DNA from: Oopsacas minuta
Taxonomy: Eukaryota; Animalia; Porifera
DNA: 64,000 nucleotides
Assembly (NCBI GenBank): GCA_024704765.1
Contig: JAKMXF010000066.1
Coordinates: 62,001 to 126,000, forward strand
Direction: 5' to 3'
Positions 1 to 11,884 of this stretch are shown one piece after another. The translations under genes were made by a program, and so were the position numbers. The notes under the pieces are model-generated. The model saw only the letters and a list, made by a program, of their open reading frames with translations, did not search any database and was not told the origin of the DNA. Position 1 is the first letter of the stretch. Every line of letters begins with the position of its first letter.

Positions 1-1166
1 ATGGGTCACTGAACACTCAAAATAGGTTCGCCTAGTCAATGAATTTCGACTTGACCGGTTCATAACTTGGACAAATATTTATATTATGATTAAAGCTCGA
101 TTTTTTTATTTAATTTCTAAGAATCAGGCCAAAGGTTCTCAATGAAATTGTATAATCCGAATCGATAATAGATTCTAATCTTGGATATTCGTAAGATAAT
201 CACTCTATTATTTAGAGCTAACAGGATTAGTGATTTTCTACTGCGGCCTGATCCGGATATCCGGTGACCCGGCCGGATATCCTGGTAGAATTGTATTACA
301 TAATATTTCAGATCAAGGTGTATAAATTAGATTATCTGTTGGAGATCGGGCTTCTTCACTGCTAGGTTCTGTAATAGTATATACTCAAGTACACTACACA
401 TTGATATGTATTCATTTGTGAATATTTAAGTGACATCATATTTGGGTTATCGTATTTATTGTATTATATTTCATTTTATGTATTCCATATTCCATATGAG
501 CGAAATTTGGTCGTTGTTCTCAATTTGTAAACAATTTTGGAAGAAAGACGCAGCTCTCTTCTCCCAGAAAATGGGGAGCGATTAATATTCATTCAGAAGA
601 ACTTGGGGATCGCTAAGGGAGGAATGTCAGAACGTTATCATGACAGATATGGAACAACACCATTACATTCGGACACTAAGAGGCAGGGGATTTGAAAAGA
701 ATGATGTAACATGTGGATGTAATAAACCTCATAGTTCTTGTTCAAGTTCTGAAGTGTAAGTATAAATATTTTTGAGTTTATTATTTCACAAGAATATATT
801 ATATTTTATTAATTAGTTCCATATTATAACAAAACCCATGAAATATGATCTGTGTTACCATTATTGTGACGAAAGTATACAAATTCTGTAAATTCACAGA
901 ATTACTAGCAAATATCCAAATACTTTATGAAATATTTTTAAGGTAAGGTAGGTTATAAGGAGATTATCATAGCAGGGCAGATATGAAGGGTATAGACCCG
1001 TATTGTACAGGTTACCTATAAATTCCAGACCCTAAGCTATTTAGTTGTACTGTGGTATAATGAGGAATATAATATTAGTATTTGTAGTATTTGTAGGCAC
1101 AATTATAGAATATATCTGATGTATATTAGTAATTCTATATTCATTATAACATTTGTATATTGTATA

Positions 1167-2688
1167 ATGGCAGAGAAGTTAACAGACTCAGAAGGGAGAA
1201 ATGACTTGGTCTACATAAAGACAGAGGATGGTAGCTACAGAGGCTGGAGGGTTGATTTGTTGGTAGATAACTTATCCAACAAAATGGAAGAGAAAATATT
1301 GTTATGTAGCAGTTGTCAAGGAATGTTAAGAGATGCTTGTATCTATGAGGGAGATTTGAAGTGTGGTGTGTGCGTTCCTGAGGATGTAGCATGGCAACCA
1401 GTAAAGATGAACCGTGAAATTGTCTCTGATAAAATGGTAGTTTATTTGTTGTTATTTCCAAGTGTTTGTTTGTGTTTACAAATGAGTTATTTATTTGTAG
1501 ATTAGTTGTCCCCTGAGGAAGAGAGGGTGTGAATGGAGTGACAGAGTGAGTACAGTAATGTACCACCTGGAAGAATGTGAGTTCTTTCCTGTACTGTGTC
1601 CTCTGGGGTGTGTCTGTCTTGATGGAGAGAGGAAGGGGGAAGTTATGAAGCTGGAAAAGAGACGGATTGCAGAACACCAGAGAGATTCGTGTCGCTTAAG
1701 AGAACTGGTGTGTGAATTCTGTATGAATACAGTGAAGGGCTGTGAGATGAATCCTCATTTGGAAGTCTGTGAGCACTTTCCAGTTCCTTGTCCTAATGAA
1801 TGTGTGATAGAAGGAGAGGAAGGGGCCAGACATGTGAAGAGGAGAGATGTTCCTGTCCATCTATCTAATGAGTGTCCTCAGCAGAAAGTAGAGTGTCCTT
1901 ATTGGATCTATGGATGTAGAGAGGAGATGGAGAGGAAAGAGATGGATCTTCATGAAAGAGAATTCATGCACATTCATTACAGACTATCCATGACTGATAT
2001 GAAACAGAAACATATTCAAACATCTAAACTATTGCAATACAAACTTGATACAGCAACCGAGAGAATAGCATTCGTAGAAAATGAAAATGAAAGTAAGAGG
2101 AAAGAGCTATTGACATTCAAACATAATCAAATAGAAACTAATGTTAAACTGGATAGGGCAAATACCAAAATCAAGAATTTAGAGAAACAAATTACTAAGA
2201 AGGATTCAGAACTGAAATTAATTATTGAAGTACTCTATTCTCATACATCTCTACCTACAGGACAATTGGAATGGAAGATTCAAGGTGTTAAACAGATGAT
2301 ACATGACAAAGAGGATATTTACAGTGATCCATTCTATGTAGGTTTGTACAAGTTTCAGGGCTGTATTGAATGGAATCATTTTGCAGGTGTTCACATTTGT
2401 ATTATGAAAGGAGGTTATGATGATAAACTACACTGGCCTATCAGATACAAATATACGTTAATTCTATTCAATCACATTAACAGTAGTAATAATTATGAAA
2501 TCACTAATCAAGTAACTAAGAGATATATGGAGCAACATTCTAGTATCTTCAAGAGACCTACTGAGCTGAGAAATGGCCACTTTGGAACTGGTTCATTCTT
2601 TTCAAACACTGAAATATTAGAAGCTAAATATTGTAAAGGTAACAGCATAACTCTTCTAATTAAAATAGAATTGTTACCAGCATTATAA
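1167..2688 (+). CDS. TNF receptor-associated factor (TRAF)-like protein, copy 1; exons 1167-1436 and 1501-2688 (~485 aa)
   Basis: A phase-0 GT-AG intron (1437-1500) joins the two ORFs in frame (...SDKM|ISCPLRKRGCEW...). Degenerate RING, TRAF-type zinc fingers (HLEECEFFPVLCPLGC, CPYWIYGC), coiled coil and a C-terminal MATH domain (LEWKIQGV, SDPFYVGLYK, ICIMKGGYDDKLHWP). Confidence 0.92.
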
Positions 2689-3096
2689 CTTTATTTGTAT
2701 TTTTGTTTACTTATTATTCATATTTATCCTTCACTCAATGTTTAGCAGAACAAGAGTTTATTTGTGTTTTATAGATTGTGTTGTTATGAAATACTATTTA
2801 CTAACGACTATTAGCTTTTGTATGATAATAGACTAGGAGATGGAGCTGTTGTAATGTGACATATCCTCTGTTGATGTTCTATTACAAAACCAAATCAGTT
2901 TCCAGTTTCATATAGGTGTTAGAATATACATGAATCACTACATAACTTGTACATCCAATTAACCAATACTTAGAATATCAGTCAGGGCTGAGATTAATTA
3001 TCCGAATTAATTGGGTGTTTGGAACCTTTCTAAAATATCAGTTAACAGCTGTAATTATTCCTAAATATTATCAATTAATTTTGGTAACAAAATTTG

Positions 3097-3184
3097 ATAA
3101 TATCAATAATATCAATAATATCAATAATATCAATAATATCAATAATACCAATAATACCAATAATATCAATAATATCAATAATAT
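3097..3184. repeat. 9-bp tandem repeat (ataatatca)n, about 10 copies
   Basis: Visible directly; two units carry a t>c variant (ataatacca). It explains the spurious NIN/IDI ORFs at 3015-3296. Confidence 0.95.
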
Positions 3185-3759
3185 TATTACATTTGTATTC
3201 TTGATGAGATTGTAACTTAGGAATATTGAAATTTATGAAAACAGACTTTAAAATCTGAAATATCCATCTTTGCTGATTTAAATTTTCCAAATTCATTTGC
3301 TTGAATTATTCAAACTATTTTCTACTAAAAATTCATTTTAGCAATGAAAGACAAATCTAATTTTACTAATCTTGTTAGACATTTAATAATATTAGAATAG
3401 AATTCTAAGTCCCTGTTTACTCCTATTTAACAAGTGGAAGCTAATCTCTATCATAATTTTGAAATGTTCCCCAATAGTTGTGAATATGTTATTGTAACGG
3501 TTTTAAGACGAACTGCGGGATAGTAAGAGGCTTGATAAATACTGGATTCAGTAACAAATCAATTGAATTATTACAAACTTGTGAATCTTACCGACTAAAT
3601 ACATACCAAAACAATTTAAACAAGTAAGACATACATTTTACTAGAAAAGCAAAGTATATTGATGATGGTGACTAATATTCACTGAGTGCTAGAATGAAGG
3701 CTTCTGTAGACCGGGCAAGGGAATAGTTAGATGATATAGAATATATTATTAAATCTCAA

Positions 3760-3807
3760 TGATTGTTTGATTGTCTGTTTGTCCATTGTTAAGGAAAGGA
3801 TTTACGG
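3760..3807 (-). mobile_element. Solo terminal inverted repeat of the TA-flanked element family also seen at 15668-16042
   Basis: The reverse complement reads ta|ccgtaaatcctttccttaacaatggacaaacagac, matching the TIRs at 15668 and 16042. Confidence 0.6.
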
Positions 3808-4475
3808 TATGCAATTTTGAAATTGTCGCATAACTATTTAGTTATCGTATATGAATATACAGTAAACAAATTTCTAAATTCCTAGAATCATACTTTCAAC
3901 GACTAAAACAGTTTTCATCAGAAGAGAAAAGGGAGGAATGTCAGAACGTTATCATGACAGATATGGAACAACACCATTACATACGGACACTAAGATAGGG
4001 AGAATTTGAAAAGCATGATGTAACATGTGGATGTAATAAATCTCAGTTCTTGTTCAAGTTCTGAAGTGTAAGTATAAATATTTTTGAGTTTATTATTTCA
4101 CAAGAATATATTATATTTCATTAATTAGTTCCATATTATAACAAAATCAATGAAATATAATCTGTGCTACCATTATTGTGACGAAAGTATACAAATTCTG
4201 TAAATTCACAGATTTATTACAAAACATCCAAATACTTTATGAAATATTTTGAGGGAAAGTAGGGTTATAAGGAGATTATCATAGCAGGGCAGATATGAAG
4301 GGTATAGACCCGTATTGTACAGGTTACCTATAAATTCCAGACCCTAAGCTATTTAGTTGTACTGTGGTATAATGAGGAATATAATATTAGTATTTGTAAT
4401 ATTTGTAGGCACAATTATAGTATATATCTGATGTATATTAGTAATTCTATATTAATTATAACATTTGTATATTGT

Positions 4476-6045
4476 ATGATGGCAGAAAAGTTAACAGACT
4501 CAGAAGGGAGAGAGGACTTGGTCTACATAAAGACAGAGGATGGTAGCTACAGAGGCTGGAGGGTTGATTTGTTGATAGACAACTTATCCAACAAAATGGA
4601 AGAGAAAATATTGTTATGTAGCAGTTGTCAAGGAATGTTAAGAGATGCTTGTATCTATGAGGGAGATTTGAAGTGTGGTGTGTGCATTCCTGAGGGTGTA
4701 GCATGGCAACCAGTAAAGATGAACCGTGGAATTGTCTCTGATAAAATGGTAGTTTATTTGTTGTTATTTCCAAGTGTTTGTTTGTGTTTACAAATGAGTT
4801 ATTTATTTGTAGATTAGTTGTCCCCTGAAGAAGAGAGGGTGTAAATGGAGTGACACAGTGAGTACAGTAATGTACCACTTGGAGGAATGTGAGTTCTTTC
4901 CTGTACTGTGTCCTTTGGGGTGTGTCTGTCTGGAAGGAGAGAGGAAGGGGAAAGTTGTGAAACTAGAGAAGAGACGGATTGCAGAACACCAGAGAGATTC
5001 GTGTCGCTTAAGAGAACTGGTGTGTGAATTCTGTATGAATAAAGTGAAGGCCTGTGAGATGAATCCTCATTTGGAGATATGTGAGCACTTTCCAGTACTT
5101 TGTCCTAATAGATGTGTGATAGAAGGAGAGGAAGGGACCAGACAAGTAAAGAGGAGAGATGTTCCTGTCCATCTATCTGATGAGTGTCCTCTACAGAAAG
5201 TAGAGTGTCCTTATTGGATCTATGGGTGTAGAGAGGAGATGGAGAGGAAAGAGATGAATCTTCATGAAAGAGAATTCTTGCATATTCACCACAGATTATC
5301 TATTACTGATATGAAACAGAAACAAATTCAATTGTCTAAAGATAATAAACTACTCGAAGAGAAACTTGATACAGCAACCGAGAGAATAGTACTAGTCGAA
5401 AAAAATTTTGAAAGTAAGAGCAAAGAGCTATTGACATTCAAACAAAATCAAATAGAAACGAATGATAAACTTGCCATAGCAAATACCAAAATCGAGAATT
5501 TAGAGAAACAAATTTCTGAGAAAGATTCAGAACTCAAGTCAATTATTGAAGTACTCTATTCACATACATCTCTATCTACAGGACAATTGGAATGGAAGAT
5601 TCAAGGTGTTAAACAGAAGATAGAAAACAAAGAGATTACTTACAGTGATCCATTCTTTCTAGGTTTATACAAGTGTCAGATGAAAATTCAATGGAATAAT
5701 TATGGTTTTGCAGACGTTTTTGCATGGAATACAGATAAAGTATGTGTTTTCATTTGTATTATGAAAGGAGGTTATGATGATAAACTACACTGGCCTATCA
5801 GATACAAATATACGTTTATTCTACTCAATCACATTAACAATAAGAAAAATTATGAATACACTAATCAAATAACTAAGGAAGATTTGGAGAAATATCCTAA
5901 TAGCTTAAAGAGACCTACTGAGATGAGAAATGATGGTTTAGGAACTCGTTCATTCATTTCAAACACTGAAATATTAGAAGCTAAATATTGTAAAGAAGAC
6001 AGCATAACTCTTCTAATTAAAATGGAATTGTTACCAGCATTATAA
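4476..6045 (+). CDS. TRAF-like protein, copy 2; exons 4476-4748 and 4813-6045
   Basis: Same exon structure (64-nt intron 4749-4812) and domains as copy 1; the MATH domain has an extra ~12-aa segment. Confidence 0.92.
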
Positions 6046-6391
6046 CTTATTTCTATTTTTGTTTACTATTTACTCAGAACATATTTACCAGAACTTAGTA
6101 TTGATTGTTAGTAATGCTTTATACAATTGTTTCACCTATTTGAGTATTAACTTTTTCCATTTCTTTGTCCCATAGCTCCATTACCTGTCGTCTGGTACCA
6201 GTATGAACCTCCATTAATACTGGTACACATTGAACGCCTGTGGCATCAAGCTCCTCTATATGATAGTACACAGTTACCTCCCGTTACATCTAAGGACTGC
6301 TAAAATTCCTTTGATATATGTGGAGTTGATTGTAGAATATGAATATTTGTATATTTTGTTAATTAGCAGGGAAGAATTATTCATAACTTCT

Positions 6392-8877
6392 ATGGGAAGA
6401 TTACAAATGGTGATAAGATGGAGTAAATTCTCCCTAACAATAATTCTATCAACTTTACTAATAATATTCCTTTTCTACAGTAATATCCTTCCTTCTCATA
6501 GAACAGATAACAATTACATTATCCATACACAAATATACTTATCTAAGAATAGTATCAGAACAACGTCTTTTGGTCACAAAGCACTATTAATTTTGCAAAA
6601 TGATAATAAATTTGTGATTAAATATCTTCAATACCTTCGTATAGAGTTTGATATTTGCATATTTAATCAGAAGTGTGAGTTGCCCGCGTATAATACTCCC
6701 GCTAAGAACCATTATTCTATTATACTATTCTCTGATTCGATTTATACAAAGATATTTCTCAATACTGTTTGGCTGTTAATTGTTCTTTCATAATTTTATT
6801 TTCTGACATTGAAACACATCAAACATTTCTCGTCTCTAATATTTATCAAAATACACTTTTGAATTTCTCAACAATCTCCAGTCCAATTTATCACATAACG
6901 CGCCCAAAAATCACATATCTTGAGTCTGATTTTTCTGGAAATTTCGCCTGTTTTGAATCGCTACACCCTACATACCAACCGTTGCTATACACAGATTCCT
7001 ATGACCATAATGGTTGCTGAGTTATCATTCATGATATTGGAGAAATCGATTCTATCAGAAAAGTATATTTTGGAGTCCAGCTTTCATATTGGCTGTCTAA
7101 TTTGTTATTTTTAGACACCTTACGTTACTATGGTTACAGCACAAGAATGTCTAGCTATTCACTCGATAGATATATTATGGTTGATATTGATGACGTATTT
7201 CTAGCCAAAACAGATATGAGAATGCTTGAGAAAGATGTGAATAGGTTGTAGAAATCTCAAAATTTTATTCAAAAGCGAATCCCTCGTTTCAAATACAATT
7301 TAGGTTATTGTGGTTCATTTTATCAAACCGGAAATGAATTCATGAAGAAGGCTGATCAGATGTTAATCGAATTAGCGCCTAAATTCACATGGTTTGGACA
7401 CATTTGGTCACATTCACAGCCTCATAAATTAACAGAAGATTCATTGATTGATAGTATGACCAAAGACTTGGAGTTCTCCTCTCTCCATAACTTGTCAATA
7501 ACAACAACAGGCTACTCAGTAACACCTCACCATTCAGGTGTATATCCTATTTATCTTCCACTATACAAATCCTGGCAGAAGTTGGGTTATGTAACAGTGA
7601 CCTCTATGGAACAATATCCTACATTATGACCTTATCATTTGAGGAGGGGATTTATATTTCGATCAATTAGCGTGTTGCCACGGCAGGTATGTGGCCTCTA
7701 TACTAGTACTAATTACTTCAAAGAGTTTAAAGGAGGAAAGAGTGAGTTTTATAGGTCAGCACGTGGTGGTAGTGTGTTTGAAAGTTTGTTATATAATCCT
7801 GTAAACATATTTATGACACACTTCTCTAACTTTGCTGGGGATAATCTTGCTCAAATTATGTTTGAGGAACTCATAACATTCGTTCAAAGATGGACACAGA
7901 TTAAACTAGTGTACAGATCACAGTTACAATTAGCTGATATATATTTTAAAACTTTCCCTGAAGATATAACTCCGTTATGGAATTTGCCATGTAACACTAT
8001 GCTAAATTCTAGACGTGCAGATATTTTTACAGGGGATATTTCCGGGCAGAGAACCCCGCGGATTTTATTAGTAGACCGCAGAAAACGGGGTCAACTGCCC
8101 TCCTCTCATTTCTAGTTAATCTCCCTGAATTCTCAACGAGTTACAAAGCTCCTGATACTTTTGAAGAAATTCAATTTTTCTCAAATTCGTCTCGATATCT
8201 CTTTGGCGTAGATTGGTATCAATCTAGATTCCCATTACCCACAAACACCACTCTTATTGAAAAATCTGCTACTTACTTTGACCACAAAATGTGTCCGCAA
8301 CGTAGACATACTCTTCTCCCAAATTCACGCATAGTTATCATACTCAGAGATCCGGTAGAGCGAGCGTATTCATGGTTCCAACACCAAAAGGTACATAGAA
8401 ATATTCTCGCTCAAAATTATAGTTTTATTGATATACTACAGAATAATTTCAAGAGTGAACTCCAAGACTATCTGTTGATAAATTGAAATTTCCTAGTATT
8501 GAGCTGGTTTATACTATAAACACATTCTTTATTGGCTCATATATTTCCCAAATGATCATATCATATTTATAGACGGGGGTCAGATAACCAAAAATCCAAT
8601 CTCTGCGATTGAACAAGTTTTAAAGTTTCTCAATATTACTGTTAGGAGAGATATAAACAGTTCGGTACGATTTGATGAGAAGAAAGGGTATTTCTGTCCG
8701 GTAGATATGGATAGGGTTAGTAGATGTCTGGGCCCTAGTAAAGGCAGAAATTATCAAGAAATATCTTCAGAGGAAATTGTGTGTCTCAGGAATGTATATT
8801 CCGCGCCTAATAAACTATTAAAAGAATTACTTATTAGGCTTAACAGAACGCTTTCTGATTGGCTGATCAACACTTAG
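6392..8877 (+). pseudogene. NDST: Intronless, full-length pseudogene of heparan sulfate N-deacetylase/N-sulfotransferase (NDST)
   Basis: Read through the lesions it gives an N-terminal membrane anchor, DRYIMVDIDDVF, FKYNLGY, WFGHIWSHSQPH, PHHSGVYP, RRGFI...VLPRQVCGL, IFMTHFSN, (G)PQKTGSTAL, FEEIQFF, EKSATYFD, RAYSWFQHQ, FDEKKGYFC and CLGPSKGRNY, collinear with NDST1. In-frame stops at 7018, 7249, 7627 and 8484; frameshifts near 6755, 8074 and 8500. Confidence 0.92.
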
Positions 8878-9402
8878 AATTATTTATAAATAGTTTCATT
8901 TGATTTGATTGTAAATTTAATTAATTCTCTGTTTTGTTTATATTATTAAAGTTACTTATGTTGATGTTCTACAGAAACATGGATATTTTGGGTCATATTC
9001 TCACAGAATTGCAGCAAGCCCTCCTGGTATTCCTTGGCCTATTTGTATAAAATAACATTCAGTACCGTCGGAGTGACTGATTTCAAAATCGATCCTTCCA
9101 GGACCGATTTTGGATAAGTAAGTCCCATGCGTGCTCTTTCTTATTTCGTTTATAAGTAAGGTAAGATTTAAGTTACAATTTGGTTTGAGAGAATGATCCA
9201 CGCAGAAAAAAAATATTCGAGCATGTTGTTGAAATAACATTTTAGGAAATGTTCTTTATCCCACTCTGAATTTAACTAGCTATCACAGTAGTGAATAATT
9301 ATAGTTTCTACAATATTCATTTATAGTTCATCATTACACCTTTAATTATATATTTCTCTTTGAGCTGAGGAGAATAGGATATTTAATTAGAGTTAGTCTA
9401 AT

Positions 9403-9548
9403 GGCGATGATCGTTCAGAACGATGAAGACCGTTTTACATTAGTTTAATAGGAGTTGAGTTGTCAGCATTTTTGAAAAAGCGACCTTTAGATGTTGCATA
9501 GGGTATTTCAATACTTATTGGTGCTCATCGATCGGAACGATCATCGCC
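9403..9548. mobile_element. Small MITE-like element with ~24-bp terminal inverted repeats
   Basis: ggcgatgatcgttcagaacgatga (9403) is the reverse complement of tcatcgatcggaacgatcatcgcc (ending 9548), with 2 mismatches. Confidence 0.6.
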
Positions 9549-10069
9549 CGTTAACAAACCCTTTTAATTAATTGAATCAATTGTAAAAATGAATTTGAAC
9601 TTTCTTGGAAATTGAGTTGATCTGGAATCTTCTTAGTTTGGACTTTGGGTTCAATTAAAACTCGAGTCTCTCTTGAATTTTCTTGTAAAATATAAAGCAT
9701 ATTATGACTAAAACAAAGTAAATAATTGTATTACAGTCACATCCTGAATACTCGTTAACTCAAACATAATTAGATTTCCTCTGAGGGTTTGGAGATAATG
9801 AATGTTGACTGTATATCTGTACAAGAAGAGAAATCCTATTTATTATCGCAAATTAAAGATCTACTGGTGTGCAGTTCGCCTAGTTAAAGGGAGCTGTAAC
9901 TTTAGACTGATTTCTAAGTATTTCCACAGAAAATCTGTACACAAATGTCAAACAAAATTAAGCACTAAGCTGTACACAATTGTCGCACTTGTCTTGTACA
10001 CAAGTGCCGTACTTCGCTCGTTAATATGTACACCAGGGGACTGCTAAAATTCGTACTCCTTATCCGGAG

Positions 10070-10285
10070 CAGGGTTGTATCAACTCATTTTGAGTTGGAA
10101 AAATCAACTCATTTTATTGAATGAGTTGAATGAGTTGATAGTTCAATGAAATGAGTTGAAATGAGTTGAAATGAGTTGGTTACATAAGCTAGATGAATTG
10201 AATGAGTTGGTGCAATAAAAATGAATGAGTTGGTAGAAAAAAATGAGTTGATTTTGCCAACTCAAAATGAGTTGATACAGCCCTG
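10070..10285. mobile_element. hAT-type MITE (216 bp) with internal (aatgagttga)n array
   Basis: 46-bp TIRs starting CAGGG with 2 mismatches; 8-bp flanking duplication atccggag/attcggag. Confidence 0.85.
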
Positions 10286-11339
10286 ATTCGGAGTTACTAC
10301 TTAACCGTGTTTAACTGTAGTATAATAACACTCTTATTATTCCTGCTGTGTTCCTGATCTGTGAACGGTGAATGCCAAATTATAGTCAACCCCAAGTGAC
10401 CAGCCAAGTGCTGGCTTGACCAGCATTTGTAGCGATATCTTGTATAACGAAATTTTAAAAATTCGAATTATTCCTTGAAAATTCTTTTAATTAGCCAGTC
10501 AATGTTGTGATAGGGTTATAATTTTCATAGAAACTATTATCCTTACTTATCTATATTTGCAATAAACCGTAAACCTGTATGATGACTAGTATATGGAAAG
10601 TGATAGGTTGCGGTCTATGTTGACTTAGAGTCGCTCTTTGTTTCCTGAGGTTGGTAAAAGAGCCAAGAAGGCGAGTGTCATAAATATTAAGAAGATTTCT
10701 AGCAATCGAATAAAATGTAAATGATAAATTTAGAATTAAATGTTCGTTATTTATTATAAAACATGCATTTCTCCGAGGTTACAAGTTTAATACAAATAAT
10801 ACTTAGATCACACTCCACTTAATTGAGCTACATTGTTCCTTAATAATTCGTATAAATATTTTACGGAATTATTTACTCAAACCAAGAAAACCTCACCATT
10901 ATATTTACATTTGAGTATAATTCTCTTAATTACTCTGTGTATGTTAGGCTTCTGACCATATATAATCTGTGTAGTGTTGGTTACTTATTTCGTAAATTCA
11001 ATTTCATTTCTAATCGCTCTTAAGAATACGAAAATATTCGCGCCACAACAGGCCATATGAGTCACGTGCTAGCAACAAAATGCAGAATCGACTTGAAGTT
11101 CGATTTATCTGATATCATCTTCTGTTTAGCATGATCCTTGCTTAATTTTTTCAAATGCAAAGCCATATCGAAATTACAGACACTTTTGTTAACTAATTGC
11201 ATTACTATATTCATATCCGAAATTATGTCTGCTATAACTGTGCAAAATTAGTCATTTCAACTTGGAATTGCTAATTAGTAATTCTAAGCTGATTATAAGC
11301 TTCACGTGTACCAAAAAATCATATACCTACACACGATTA

Positions 11340-11800
11340 CAGTAAACATTGGATTTAACGACACTCGTTTGGGCAGGCCAAAAAGGTCGCTATATCCGAT
11401 TTGTCGCTAAATCCGAGGAAGCAAAAGAAAAGCGCTTCCTTTTGCCAACTCCACAAGAATCCACGACAATGAAATACGTACAATAGCTTTAAATATGCAT
11501 TTTCGTAAGAAGCCAGGTGCTGTTGATTCAAAACGGGAGAATATCATTCCTTTATAATTAAATCAATTATTAAACCCTTAATAATTCACTAATTAGTCCA
11601 CAGTACAGACAGCACAAAAGTCGTAATATCCGATGTGATTTGCATAGAGCAGGCATAGAAATTTGTCGCTAAATTCAATGTGTCGTTATCTGACAGGTCT
11701 TTATACCCGAGGTATGGTGTGTGCAGAATAATGCTGCGAGATTCTGGGCGAGCAAAATGAGTCGTTATAAGCGATTTGTTGTAAAAGCCGATGTTTATGG
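11340..11800. mobile_element. Tc1/mariner-type MITE with gtcgctatatccga-like subterminal repeats
   Basis: TA|cagtaaacattggatttaacgac ... gttgtaaaagccgatgtttatgg|TA form an imperfect inverted pair; gtcg(c/t)ta motifs recur inside. Confidence 0.6.
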
Positions 11801-11884
11801 TATATAATTTACAAATTGCACAATTCTACAAAGCATTATGCACTCTCTACAATCTACTGTACTTACAAGTAATTACAGTCACAC

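Larger units (their letters stand above)
616..6080 (+). repeat. Tandem segmental duplication (unit 1 ~616-2720, unit 2 ~3930-6080), each unit with ~550 bp upstream DNA plus a TRAF-like gene
   Basis: Near-identity starts at agggaggaatgtcagaacgttatcatg (616 and 3930) and continues through the upstream region, both exons, the 64-nt intron and just past the stop codons. Confidence 0.95.

Noticed and set aside
626-680. DRYGTTPLH ankyrin-like motif upstream of both TRAF genes
   Set aside because: A single short match ending in a stop, with no adjacent repeat; probably chance.
1144-1677. Antisense ORFs overlapping real genes (also 4456-4878, 12981, 19118, 23697, 25862, 25989, 31633, 37586, 42613, 48780, 58716, 61850-62275)
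   Set aside because: Shadow frames of well-supported genes with no recognisable motifs.
3015-3296. ORFs rich in NIN / IDI repeats
   Set aside because: They are translations of the 9-bp tandem repeat; its short unit and lack of unique spacers also exclude a CRISPR array.
3490-3765. Protein-like frame with scattered stops between the TRAF copies
   Set aside because: No family recognised.
7627-7629. In-frame TGA in NDST as possible selenocysteine or readthrough
   Set aside because: The gene also has a TAG and several frameshifts, so ordinary decay is the simpler explanation.
10070-10285. Regular aatgagttg repeats that might suggest CRISPR or iterons
   Set aside because: No unique spacers; enclosed by TIRs and an 8-bp TSD, so a MITE.
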